IMG/VR virus record: IMGVR_UViG_2724679074_000004
Location: 1-33,787 of that record
From: a virus
Lineage: Duplodnaviria > Heunggongvirae > Uroviricota > Caudoviricetes
Direction: 5' to 3' (one strand)
DNA length: 33,787 nucleotides
A program made the translations under genes and the position numbers. Below, one piece after another: positions 21,108 to 28,309 of the stretch (position 1 is its first letter; each line of letters begins with the position of its first letter). The notes beneath the pieces were generated by a model, which did not search any database, was not told the DNA's origin, and was given only the letters and a program-made list of their open reading frames with translations.

Positions 21108-21829
21108 TAAGCAGCCTCCCCTGTTACTTTCAGCATTCCGTTATCGAGCAGCTTTCTGGTCAGCCACTGTTGACCGCGCCCGGTGATTTTTGTGGTGAAC
21201 GATATCTGTATTCCGTGATTTGTGTTGACCGCTGTTTCTTTCACTGTGAAATAGCCGCGCTCCATATATTCCTGCATTGGCACATTTCGCCGGGAACCTG
21301 AAGCAATAAGGATTTTGTGATCGCGCATCCATGCAAACAGTTTGTTTTGACCAATACCGACAACCTTTGCAAAGTTTCCAATCAAAATTCCGCTGGCCTC
21401 GCCAACGCGATCGGCAAACTCAACTTTAGGTGCGGCAATTGCGAGCTGGTTTTCCAGTTGCATTTTCTGCTCAGCAAGATCAGCAGCAAGGCGCAACGCT
21501 TCCGGTAGCGTTTTGGGGATATTAACCGCAGCTTCTTCAAGCTCTCGCCAGCGGTCAACAAGGCGAGCGGTGAATTCCGGCGACAACTGGGCTACAACGA
21601 CAATACTGTCTCGCTTTCCTTGTTCGCCCTCGAAGACGTAATGCTCGTACTGAACATTGAACCCTAAGTTATTGATTCTTTCGGAAACCTCAATTTGAGG
21701 AAGCCGGATAACACCATTTTTAGCCAGCGTTTCGATGGTACGTTTCACATTGTCATGACGCTTACCCACCAACTCAGCGATTTCAATGCTTGTCATTTTG
21801 ATGGCATTGCCATTCATTAACTCACTCAT
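21107..21829 (-). CDS. Rha-family phage regulatory protein / antirepressor-like (N-terminal Rha domain, C-terminal antirepressor-type domain)
   Basis: 240 aa; family assignment from overall resemblance to Rha/KilAC antirepressors recalled from memory; located in nin region. Confidence 0.55.
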   Translation of the reverse strand: MSELMNGNAIKMTSIEIAELVGKRHDNVKRTIETLAKNGVIRLPQIEVSERINNLGFNVQYEHYVFEGEQGKRDSIVVVAQLSPEFTARLVDRWRELEEAAVNIPKTLPEALRLAADLAEQKMQLENQLAIAAPKVEFADRVGEASGILIGNFAKVVGIGQNKLFAWMRDHKILIASGSRRNVPMQEYMERGYFTVKETAVNTNHGIQISFTTKITGRGQQWLTRKLLDNGMLKVTGEAA

Positions 21830-21995
21830 CGTCTTCTTCCTCGTACATTGAGCTATTCGGATCGCTCATCAGTTCTGCGCAGCACGCTTCACATACATGA
21901 ACTTCCAGCACATGCAGCTTCTGACCGCAGTTAGCGCACGTTAAAGCCCGCTCGACGCTTTCTTGTTCGTAACTTCGATTTGGGTCAATCACCTT
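21822..21995 (-). CDS. Possible small zinc-ribbon protein (57 codons, GTG start), translationally coupled to the Rha-like gene
   Basis: Frame contains C-x2-C ... C-x2-CC (CANCGQ..CEACC); stop overlaps downstream ATG (ATGAGTGA); GAGGAA 7 nt upstream of GTG. Confidence 0.35.
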   Translation of the reverse strand, partial: KVIDPNRSYEQESVERALTCANCGQKLHVLEVHVCEACCAELMSDPNSSMYEEEDDE

Positions 21996-22171
21996 GTATT
22001 CCTCGCACGTTCTCTAAGCCACCGGATATCCCACAGGTGAGCCGTGTAGTTGAAGGTTTTTACGTCAGATTCTTTTGGGATTGGCTTGCGTTTATTTCTG
22101 GAGCGTTTGGTTGGAAGGTATTTGCAGTTTTCGCAGATGATGTCGGTGATGCTTCGTCGCTGTCGTCTCAT
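21989..22171 (-). CDS. ninE: NinE
   Basis: [52 protein letters not shown] matches lambda NinE; ATG overlaps NinB stop (ATGA). Confidence 0.85.
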   Translation of the reverse strand: MRRQRRSITDIICENCKYLPTKRSRNKRKPIPKESDVKTFNYTAHLWDIRWLRERARNTR

Positions 22172-22608
22172 GCCGCCCTGTCTCCCCATCTCGCTTTCCA
22201 CTCCAGAGCCAGTCGCGCTTCGTCTGACCACTTAACGCCACGCTCTGTACCGAATGCCTGTATAAGCTCTAATAGCTCCGCAAATTCGCTTACACGCATC
22301 CTGCTGGTTGACTGGCCTATTACCACAAAGCCATTCCCGGCAAGGTTAGGAACAACGTCCTGCTGCTTTAATGCAGCTGTAAAAACGCACTTCCAGCTTT
22401 CTGCATCCAGCCAGCGACCATGCCATTCAACCTGACGAGAGACGTCACCAAGGCAAGCCCAAAGCTTTCGATTCTGGTCTAAGCTGCGGTTGCGTTCCTG
22501 AATGGTTACTACGATTGGTTTGGTTGGGTCTGGAAGGATTTGCTGTACTGCGTGAATAGCATTTTGCTGAAGTGCTGGAGATCGAATTTCAAAGGTCAGT
22601 TTTTTCAT
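22168..22608 (-). CDS. ninB: NinB (Orf-family recombination mediator)
   Basis: 146 aa from [67 protein letters not shown].. near-identical to lambda NinB. Confidence 0.9.
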   Translation of the reverse strand: MKKLTFEIRSPALQQNAIHAVQQILPDPTKPIVVTIQERNRSLDQNRKLWACLGDVSRQVEWHGRWLDAESWKCVFTAALKQQDVVPNLAGNGFVVIGQSTSRMRVSEFAELLELIQAFGTERGVKWSDEARLALEWKARWGDRAA

Positions 22609-22685
22609 GACTTCCCTCTCCCCCAAATAAAAAGACCTGCGATTACCAGCAGGCCTGTTATTAGCTCAGTGATGTAGATGGTCAT
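22605..22685 (-). CDS. Possible 26-aa hydrophobic peptide gene bridging ren and ninB
   Basis: ATG overlaps ren stop (ATGA) and its TGA overlaps ninB ATG (ATGA): [26 protein letters not shown]; too short for the ORF track. Confidence 0.3.
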   Translation of the reverse strand: MTIYITELITGLLVIAGLFIWGRGKS

Positions 22686-22972
22686 TGCCTTACCTCCATA
22701 AGCGCCCTATTAATAAACGCCGTCATTGGATTTGCACATCCCCACCCCGTACCATCTGGATTTCTTTTAATTGGCTCCTTCTTCACTTTGCGTTTTGCAT
22801 AAATAACCGTCTTCCACTTACGCTCAACAACACTCAAATGTCCTTGTTTCACCATATGCCTTGCTGCTTGAGCGATTCTGTTATTTGGTATTCCGGTGAT
22901 CAGTGCTAATTCATGTGGGGAGAATTGTTCATGAGTTTTCAGATATTCCAGGATGATTTCTTTTCCAGTCAC
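22682..22972 (-). CDS. ren: Ren (Rex-exclusion protection) protein
   Basis: 96 aa, N-terminus MTGKEIILEYLKTHEQFSPHELALITG resembles lambda Ren (MTGKEAIIHYLGTH..); position directly after the helicase-loader gene. Confidence 0.7.
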   Translation of the reverse strand: MTGKEIILEYLKTHEQFSPHELALITGIPNNRIAQAARHMVKQGHLSVVERKWKTVIYAKRKVKKEPIKRNPDGTGWGCANPMTAFINRALMEVRQ

Positions 22973-23862
22973 GATCTGCTCCTGTAACTATCCCATGTAA
23001 ACGCAAGAGTGCACCCGCCGCCATCATTCATCCTGTCAATAACACGCTCACCAATGAATGCCGAAAGTTCATCTTTGCTCTGATTACTAATCAGGATTGT
23101 TGGCTTCATGTATTCATATCTGGTGTTGATAATTTCGAACATGATTAGCTTTTCAGCATCACTGCCGAACTGCACGCCAACCTCATCGATTATTAACAAG
23201 TCAGGATGCGTAAATTGCCTAATGACTTCTTCTTCAGTTCTGGTTGCGGCCTTAGACCATGTTGATTTGTACTCTCTGGCAATTTTCAACGCAGTGGTAA
23301 ATATCACAGAGCTTTGATGCTCGATAATGGCGTGCCTAGCAATAGCCAGTGCAAGGTGGTTCTTTCCAGTTCCAGGCTTACCACACATGACCAGTCCGCC
23401 ACCTTTTTGAAGGCGTTCAGGCCACTTACTGGCATATGCCTGGCAAACCTTAAGAACTCGCTTTGCATCATCGTTAACAGGCTCATAATTCTGAAGAGTG
23501 CAATTTTTGAACCTCTCTGGAATATTGAGAGAATTCAACAAATATTCAATTTTTGATTGTCTTGCTCTTTGTTCTGCCTGCTCACGTTCAATCTCTTTCT
23601 TACGAATTTTCTCCTCAAGGCACTGTTGGCACTCAGATTTACTTGAAGTAATTCTTTTTCCTGAGATGGTCAGATATTTCTCATAGGAAGTATATTTACC
23701 GTGTTTCTCGCACTCTTCCACTGTGCTGGCAACTGACATTCCATCTGATGCTGATCCAATTTTGCTAAACTCAAGTTTCTGTTTCAGATCAGAAATGTCA
23801 TTGATTTTTGAGTCTACAAGTTGCCTTTGCAGTGCCAGATTGTAACCATTTGTCGTATTCAT
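22969..23862 (-). CDS. DnaC-family replicative helicase loader (AAA+ ATPase) in the lambda P position
   Basis: Walker A CGKPGTGKNHLALA, Walker B LLIIDEVG; start taken at MNTTNGY.. just after O stop. Confidence 0.85.
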   Translation of the reverse strand: MNTTNGYNLALQRQLVDSKINDISDLKQKLEFSKIGSASDGMSVASTVEECEKHGKYTSYEKYLTISGKRITSSKSECQQCLEEKIRKKEIEREQAEQRARQSKIEYLLNSLNIPERFKNCTLQNYEPVNDDAKRVLKVCQAYASKWPERLQKGGGLVMCGKPGTGKNHLALAIARHAIIEHQSSVIFTTALKIAREYKSTWSKAATRTEEEVIRQFTHPDLLIIDEVGVQFGSDAEKLIMFEIINTRYEYMKPTILISNQSKDELSAFIGERVIDRMNDGGGCTLAFTWDSYRSRS

Positions 23863-23864
23863 AT

Positions 23865-24710
23865 TCACTCCTGCGCCCATGAAGGCATTTCAGTTTGCCC
23901 GTAATCTTTGGCGGCAAAGTTTTCCTGCATAGCTCGCTGCTGCGGCCTCGGTTGAGATTTCCCCTTTGGAGTCTTGGGTTCAAAAATCCCCTGCCAACCA
24001 CTGGCGATGCTCTGGTTTATAATTTCTTCAGGTGTATATCCCTTCTCCAGACTTCTGCTTAGAACGTTGATAGCCTGAGTGACACTTTGCTTAGACTTGA
24101 TCGACTTACCTATCTCCTTGCGATAGGTAACCCACGACAACCATGTTTCTGCTGATAACCAATCAGGCAACTCTGTTTCTAGCGGGTCGAACTTCTGAGA
24201 AACTTTTTTGGGGGATATAGGGGGTTTATTAATATTTTCTTTTGTCTTTAAAGAATGTCTTTTGTGTGTCTCTAACTTCGAGACATTGAGTGTCTCTAAT
24301 TTGGAGACATTTTTTGTCTCTAACTTCGAGACAAAGTTGCTAACTTGGAGACACTTGCTGAATTGCCACGCAGATACCTCCCTGTTTACACCGATTTTAT
24401 TTCCATCCATAAACAGGCAATTCATTGAAATCAGTTCTTTTTTAGCCTTGTTAACATTCTGCCTTGACAGTCCTGTTAACTGAGCAATTTGCTCATCGGC
24501 TATTCGATCTGTTTTCTTATTGAAGCCATATGTTTTCCGGACGTAGGCCAGCATAACTTTCAACTGGCGAGCGGTTAAATCGGCACTTGCGATAGCTTCC
24601 AGCAGCTCGTTAGCGAATCTGGTGTAACCATCATCGATATCAGCCACTCTTAGCTCCTGTTCGGCAAAGTTACCTCTGCCGAAGTTGAGTATTTTTGCTG
24701 TATTTGTCAT
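23865..24710 (-). CDS. O: Replication initiator, lambda O-like N-terminal domain; contains ori iterons
   Basis: N-terminus MTNTAKILNFGRGNFAEQELRVADIDDGYTRF.. matches lambda O; encoded repeats VSKLETKNVSKLETLNVSKLET reflect DNA iterons. Confidence 0.9.
   Translation of the reverse strand: MTNTAKILNFGRGNFAEQELRVADIDDGYTRFANELLEAIASADLTARQLKVMLAYVRKTYGFNKKTDRIADEQIAQLTGLSRQNVNKAKKELISMNCLFMDGNKIGVNREVSAWQFSKCLQVSNFVSKLETKNVSKLETLNVSKLETHKRHSLKTKENINKPPISPKKVSQKFDPLETELPDWLSAETWLSWVTYRKEIGKSIKSKQSVTQAINVLSRSLEKGYTPEEIINQSIASGWQGIFEPKTPKGKSQPRPQQRAMQENFAAKDYGQTEMPSWAQE
24263..24345. repeat. Replication origin iterons: four ~20-bp tandem units (tgtctctaacttcgagaca-like, each internally palindromic), flanked on the O-downstream side by an AT-rich tract (~24190-24260)
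   Basis: Read directly: tgtctctaacttcgagaca / gtgtctctaatttggagaca / ttgtctctaacttcgagaca / aagttgctaacttggagaca inside the O-like gene, as for lambda ori. Confidence 0.75.
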
Positions 24711-24742
24711 AATGACTCCTGTGGATTGATCCAGTAATGACC

Positions 24743-25033
24743 TCAGAATTCCATCTGGATTTGTTCAGAACGCTCGGTTGCCGCCGGGCGTTTTTTATTG
24801 GTGAGAATCGAAGCAACTTGTCGTGCCAATCGAGCCATATCGTCGTCGACGACGCCCCATTCAAGAACAGCAAGCAGCATTGAGAACTTTGGAATCCAAT
24901 CCCTCTTCCACCTGCTGATCTGCGACTTATCAACTCCCACAGCTTCCGCTGTCTTCTCAGTTCCAAGCATTGCGATTTTGTTAAGCAACGCACTCTCGAT
25001 TCGTAGAGCCTCGTTGCGTTTGTTTGCACGAAC
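24743..25033 (-). CDS. cII: CII transcriptional activator (lambda-type)
   Basis: MVRANKRNEALRIESALLNKIAMLGTEKTAEAVGVDKSQISRWKRDWIPKFSMLLAVLEWGVVDDDMARLARQVA.ILTNKKRPAATERSEQIQMEF is essentially lambda CII; ORF track extends upstream over nutR, but true start is MVRANK. Confidence 0.9.
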   Translation of the reverse strand, partial: VRANKRNEALRIESALLNKIAMLGTEKTAEAVGVDKSQISRWKRDWIPKFSMLLAVLEWGVVDDDMARLARQVASILTNKKRPAATERSEQIQMEF

Positions 25034-25094
25034 CATATGTAAGTATTTCCTTAACAAATAAGAAGTTATGCGCATCAACTTATGCGCGTTGTAT

Positions 25095-25138
25095 TCCCGC
25101 ATTTCGGCGGGAATGAGGACCATGACTGTTAAAGAGCG
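25095..25138 (-). promoter_or_regulatory. nutR: boxA (CGCTCTTTAA) and boxB hairpin (TCCCGC-CGAAAT-GCGGGA) between cro and cII
   Basis: Minus-strand sequence CGCTCTTTAACAGTCATGGTCCTCATTCCCGCCGAAATGCGGGAA; same boxB as the nutL copy upstream of N. Confidence 0.55.
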
Positions 25139-25145
25139 GTGTTAC

Positions 25146-25370
25146 TTATGCTGCCTGATTCGGTTTTGGAAACAGGTGTGGCAAATCGGGGCGAATTTCG
25201 TAAGCCTTGATCTGCCCTCCAGTGGCGTTAACGATGGCGGTAACTTTCTCTGGAGAGACCAACCCGCCTTTCAGCCATTTGTGTACTGCTGGCTGCGTTA
25301 CACCACACTTGTCGGCAAGGCGCTTTTGGCTACCGACAATTTTCAAGGCTCGTTGAATTACTAAATTCAT
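25146..25370 (-). CDS. cro: Cro-like HTH repressor (start probably at MNLVIQ..)
   Basis: Small HTH protein (..QKRLADKCGVTQPAVHKWLKG..) divergent from cI across an operator region; AGAGG 7 nt upstream of second ATG. Confidence 0.7.
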   Translation of the reverse strand: MNLVIQRALKIVGSQKRLADKCGVTQPAVHKWLKGGLVSPEKVTAIVNATGGQIKAYEIRPDLPHLFPKPNQAA

Positions 25371-25406
25371 GAGCATACCTCTTGTGGTCATTACTTATAA
25401 CCAAAG

Positions 25407-25469
25407 ATAACTCAAGTTATAAAAAATAGCAATAACCTTTGTTATTTTACTTTGGATAACCGTAGTTAT
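25407..25469. promoter_or_regulatory. OR operator region: three 14-bp palindromes with ATAAC/GTTAT half-sites, centre spacing 24-25 bp, between cro and cI (PR/PRM region)
   Basis: ATAACTCAAGTTAT (25407-25420), ATAACCTTTGTTAT (25432-25445), ATAACCGTAGTTAT (25456-25469) read directly. Confidence 0.6.
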
Positions 25470-25481
25470 AGATTTGTGGGT

Positions 25482-26189
25482 ATGAAAACATTCGCAGAAA
25501 GACTAAATGCAGCCATGAGCTCAGCAGGGGTATCACAATCACAGCTTGCTGACATGGTTGGAATATCTCAGCCAGCCATACAGAAGATGTCGTCCGGTAA
25601 AACAAACGGATCTCGCAAGATGGTTGAATTAGCCAATGCTTTAAAAGTGCGCCCTGAATGGCTTAGTTCTGGTATTGGTGAAATGAGGGATGGTGCACAT
25701 GAAGAACCATCCAATTTCCGTGAGTCATCTTTAAAAGCTGTGGTATGGGAAGACATTAAAAGAAACGATGACGAGTTTGTTGCGTTGCCTCTTCTTAACG
25801 TTTCGCTTTCAGCTGGAAGCGGTAGCTGCGAGCTAGAGGAATCATCGGAGTTCTCTTTGGTTTTCAGAAAGCACTATCTGAAAAAGATGGGAGTATCTGA
25901 AAGATCAGCCAAGCTAGTTAGGGTTGTAGGGCAAAGCATGGAACCAACGCTTCACGATGGCGATGTTGTTGGTGTTAACACGCAAGATACCACCATCAGA
26001 GATGGTAAAACCTACGCTATTTGCCAGTCTGATTTGTTACGAGTAAAAACATTAATCGCCACCCCTACATCGGTGATAATCAGATCAATAAATCGCGAAG
26101 AGTACCCGGATGAAGTAATGGATAGAGATGAATTTCATGAAACCGTAAGGATTATTGGCAGAGTATTCTGGTCGTCTCATAGTTGGTAA
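25482..26189 (+). CDS. cI: CI-type prophage repressor (XRE HTH + S24 LexA-like autopeptidase domain)
   Basis: N-terminal HTH (SQSQLADMVGISQPAIQKMSSG), Ala-Gly cleavage motif (SLSAGSG), catalytic Ser in GQSMEPT and Lys in RVKTL; start taken at MKTFAERL (track uses an upstream TTG). Confidence 0.9.
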   Translation: MKTFAERLNAAMSSAGVSQSQLADMVGISQPAIQKMSSGKTNGSRKMVELANALKVRPEWLSSGIGEMRDGAHEEPSNFRESSLKAVVWEDIKRNDDEFVALPLLNVSLSAGSGSCELEESSEFSLVFRKHYLKKMGVSERSAKLVRVVGQSMEPTLHDGDVVGVNTQDTTIRDGKTYAICQSDLLRVKTLIATPTSVIIRSINREEYPDEVMDRDEFHETVRIIGRVFWSSHSW

Positions 26190-26229
26190 CCGATAATCAG
26201 AAGAAGACTTACGGAAGTGCGGAGGGATA

Positions 26230-26526
26230 ATGGAATTTCTGATAGTTTTTGTTGTTGTTTTGGTCATCATTCTTTTTGTTTTGCTAAGCATTAGTAAAAA
26301 GCTATCTCAAGTGATTGAACATAGCTCTAATCGCGCAAAAGAAGAAGAGCATCTAATTGATATAAAAGAGATTCTCTCTGATATAAAAATCACATTAGAT
26401 GAAATAAAATACACAACAGATCTAATTGAACAGTATAAAATACCAACCCCAAACGAGAGAAAAGCAATAGATCAATATCGTATTGACTTAGAAATCGACG
26501 AAATGCTAAGCAAAAGAAAAGACTAA
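26230..26526 (+). CDS. Hypothetical single-pass membrane protein encoded by an AT-rich moron in the rex/sieB position downstream of cI
   Basis: 98 aa: N-terminal TM helix (EFLIVFVVVLVIILFVLLSI) then charged helical region; GGAGGG RBS; visibly AT-rich codon usage; followed by intrinsic terminator. Confidence 0.6.
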   Translation: MEFLIVFVVVLVIILFVLLSISKKLSQVIEHSSNRAKEEEHLIDIKEILSDIKITLDEIKYTTDLIEQYKIPTPNERKAIDQYRIDLEIDEMLSKRKD

Positions 26527-26532
26527 AAACAC

Positions 26533-26560
26533 CCGGCCTCAGCGCCGGGTTTTCTTTTCC
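26533..26560 (+). terminator. Intrinsic terminator ending the cI-orf98 transcription unit
   Basis: CCCGGC-CTCAGC-GCCGGG hairpin followed by TTTTCTTTT. Confidence 0.6.
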
Positions 26561-26680
26561 TGCCGTTCACCACCCAATCACCCATCATCATCATAGACAA
26601 GCATCAAGCCAAAGGTAACACCTTCACCCCGCACGCAAGCCCTCAAACACCAATCAATCAGCAACATTTACAAAAATAAA

Positions 26681-26764
26681 ATACCTTTGTTATCCATCAC
26701 TTATAACTTATTTACCACAAAATATAAATTAGGTTATTGACCACACCTATAACCTAAGTTATCT
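26681..26764 (+). promoter_or_regulatory. OL/PL region: operator-like ATAAC/GTTAT palindromes and a candidate PL promoter (-35 TTGACC, -10 TATCTT) directed toward N
   Basis: ATACCTTTGTTAT, ATAAATTAGGTTAT and ATAACCTAAGTTAT share half-sites with the OR operators; TTGACC-17bp-TATCTT read directly. Confidence 0.5.
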
Positions 26765-26810
26765 TTAAGCCATCAGCAGGACGCTGGTAGCCAAACGGAA
26801 CAGATTGGCA

Positions 26811-26851
26811 GGCTCTTTAGCATTGATGGGATTGTCCCGCCGAAATGCGGG
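26811..26851 (+). promoter_or_regulatory. nutL: boxA-like GGCTCTTTAG and boxB hairpin CCCGC-CGAAAT-GCGGG upstream of N
   Basis: Same boxB sequence as nutR; located between PL and the N start. Confidence 0.5.
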
Positions 26852-26959
26852 AACCAAAGAGTAGTTGGCTTTGGGGTGACGTGAAGTGCAGCTGCACGAC
26901 GGCAACCGGAAGATAAGCACCCGGCGCGTCACCGCCAAAGTCAATCATCGGAGGTCAAC

Positions 26960-27232
26960 ATGACAGTAGTCATTACATATCTGGCTGACGATAACGCCAG
27001 AAATCGCCGCAGAGCACGCAGACAGGCTCAACGTGAGCAGGCAATGCAAGAACAGCGACTGGCGCGAAAAATTGCGCTAAAGCTCTCTAGTTGCGTCAGA
27101 GCAGACAAAGCAGCATCACTCGGAAGCCTTCGCTGCAAGAAGGCAGAAGAATGCAGTGGAAGTATTTGCCTGCCAAACGTAGCTCTTTACGCGGCAGGCT
27201 ACCGGAAATCAAAACAACTGACAGCCAGGTAA
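26960..27232 (+). CDS. N: N-type transcription antiterminator (P22 gene 24-like)
   Basis: Arginine-rich motif NARNRRRARRQAQREQ at N-terminus; C-terminus LPNVALYAAGYRKSKQLTAR matches remembered P22 gp24; preceded by nutL. Confidence 0.8.
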   Translation: MTVVITYLADDNARNRRRARRQAQREQAMQEQRLARKIALKLSSCVRADKAASLGSLRCKKAEECSGSICLPNVALYAAGYRKSKQLTAR

Positions 27233-27235
27233 GTG

Positions 27236-27460
27236 ATGAATCAGACATACATTCCATCATGCTTGAGAAATCTGCCAAAGCAGAAAGCAAAGCCCCGCAA
27301 GCAAGCCATAAAGGACGCTAAGGCAGAGGTTATTGATCAAGCAATACAATTGCTCAGGGAGGAGTTAAGAAGTGGCAAGCTCGAAGGAATGATGATGCCC
27401 TATCAGCGCGGATATCTATCGGCGATTAGTAAGTTGGAAGTATTGAAGAGTGAATTATGA
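27236..27460 (+). CDS. Hypothetical small basic protein (74 aa) immediately downstream of N
   Basis: ORF starting 1 codon after N stop; no recognizable family. Confidence 0.45.
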   Translation: MNQTYIPSCLRNLPKQKAKPRKQAIKDAKAEVIDQAIQLLREELRSGKLEGMMMPYQRGYLSAISKLEVLKSEL

Positions 27461-27493
27461 ACTATCTGGAATTTCCGGATGGTTCATTGTTTT

Positions 27494-27515
27494 GGCAGCA
27501 AACCACTTATTTGAG
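27494..27515 (+). repeat. 22-bp direct repeat copy 1 (GGCAGCAAACCACTTATTTGAG)
   Basis: Identical copy at 27617-27638; each sits ~10 nt upstream of an ATG. Confidence 0.75.
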
Positions 27516-27616
27516 GTGATATATGGAAGAACAAGCAAACAAGATTCTCGTAGAGCTACCGCAAGCCACGCAGTGAAATGGGTGTTACTTGTGTTGGTCG
27601 CCAGAAAATGAAATTA

Positions 27617-27638
27617 GGCAGCAAACCACTTATTTGAG
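27617..27638 (+). repeat. 22-bp direct repeat copy 2 (GGCAGCAAACCACTTATTTGAG), immediately upstream of the RBS/start of the 207-aa gene
   Basis: Identical to 27494-27515. Confidence 0.75.
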
Positions 27639-27648
27639 AGGAATTAAT

Positions 27649-28272
27649 ATGTCATCAATCCGCTTAACTACGAGAATGAAAGAGGAAATCGCTCGTAACG
27701 CTTTAATTAAGTCTGGGGTTTTCACTGAACTTGAAGAAGTAACAAAGTTAAAGAACCAGCTTGCACTTGACGCCAGAGTTATTGCGTTTGGCGGTAAAAA
27801 GAAAACTGAGGAAGTGGATCGGTTATCATCCAAGTTAGCAGCTATAAGTGAAGAACTTGAGAAGATGGGATGTTCATTTTACTCATGCGATGTTCGTTCT
27901 ACTTCGATTTATCTGACTGTATCTGGAAGAAGGGTTGGCTGGCATTCATATGGGAAAGACGGCAACGGCGAAGATATATTGCTCCCTACTCCGACAAAAG
28001 ATAAATGCATGTTTGACGCAGAGCACGAAATAACAAAAAGGTTTGATGAAATCTGCTCATTACAACAAAAACTTGAAGCAAAGAAAAAGGATATCGAATC
28101 AAATGTATGGGCTGCTTTAAACTCAGTCACAACAGTTAAGCGACTTATTGAGGTTTGGCCTGAAAGCAAAGAGTTGCTACCAAAAGAAGCAGATAAAGCA
28201 AGTACAGCACTTCCTGCTTTACGGGTAGAAGATTTGAATAAGATGATTGGACTTCCTTCCGAGGCCGCATAG
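27649..28272 (+). CDS. Hypothetical protein (207 aa), unknown function, early-left accessory region
   Basis: Start at MSSIRLTTRMKEEIARN with GAGGAA RBS; soluble, coiled-coil-rich; no family recognized. Confidence 0.55.
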   Translation: MSSIRLTTRMKEEIARNALIKSGVFTELEEVTKLKNQLALDARVIAFGGKKKTEEVDRLSSKLAAISEELEKMGCSFYSCDVRSTSIYLTVSGRRVGWHSYGKDGNGEDILLPTPTKDKCMFDAEHEITKRFDEICSLQQKLEAKKKDIESNVWAALNSVTTVKRLIEVWPESKELLPKEADKASTALPALRVEDLNKMIGLPSEAA

Positions 28273-28309
28273 TCGGCCTTTATTTTTGGCATAAACAACA
28301 GAGGCTAAC

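Noticed and set aside
24263-24345. Tandem ~20-bp repeats considered as a possible CRISPR array
   Set aside because: Only four contiguous units with no spacers, located inside the O-like gene and followed by an AT-rich tract; this is the iteron-type replication origin.
24670-25029. 119-aa minus-strand ORF overlapping cII in a different frame
   Set aside because: cII frame is essentially identical to lambda CII; the alternative frame has no recognisable features and spans nutR.
24743-25123. Extended 126-aa version of the cII ORF
   Set aside because: The 5' extension covers the nutR boxA/boxB sequence; the real start is the internal Met (MVRANK) matching lambda cII.
27091-27321. 76-aa plus-strand ORF overlapping the N gene and downstream gene in another frame
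   Set aside because: Overlaps the well-supported N reading frame; no RBS; likely spurious.
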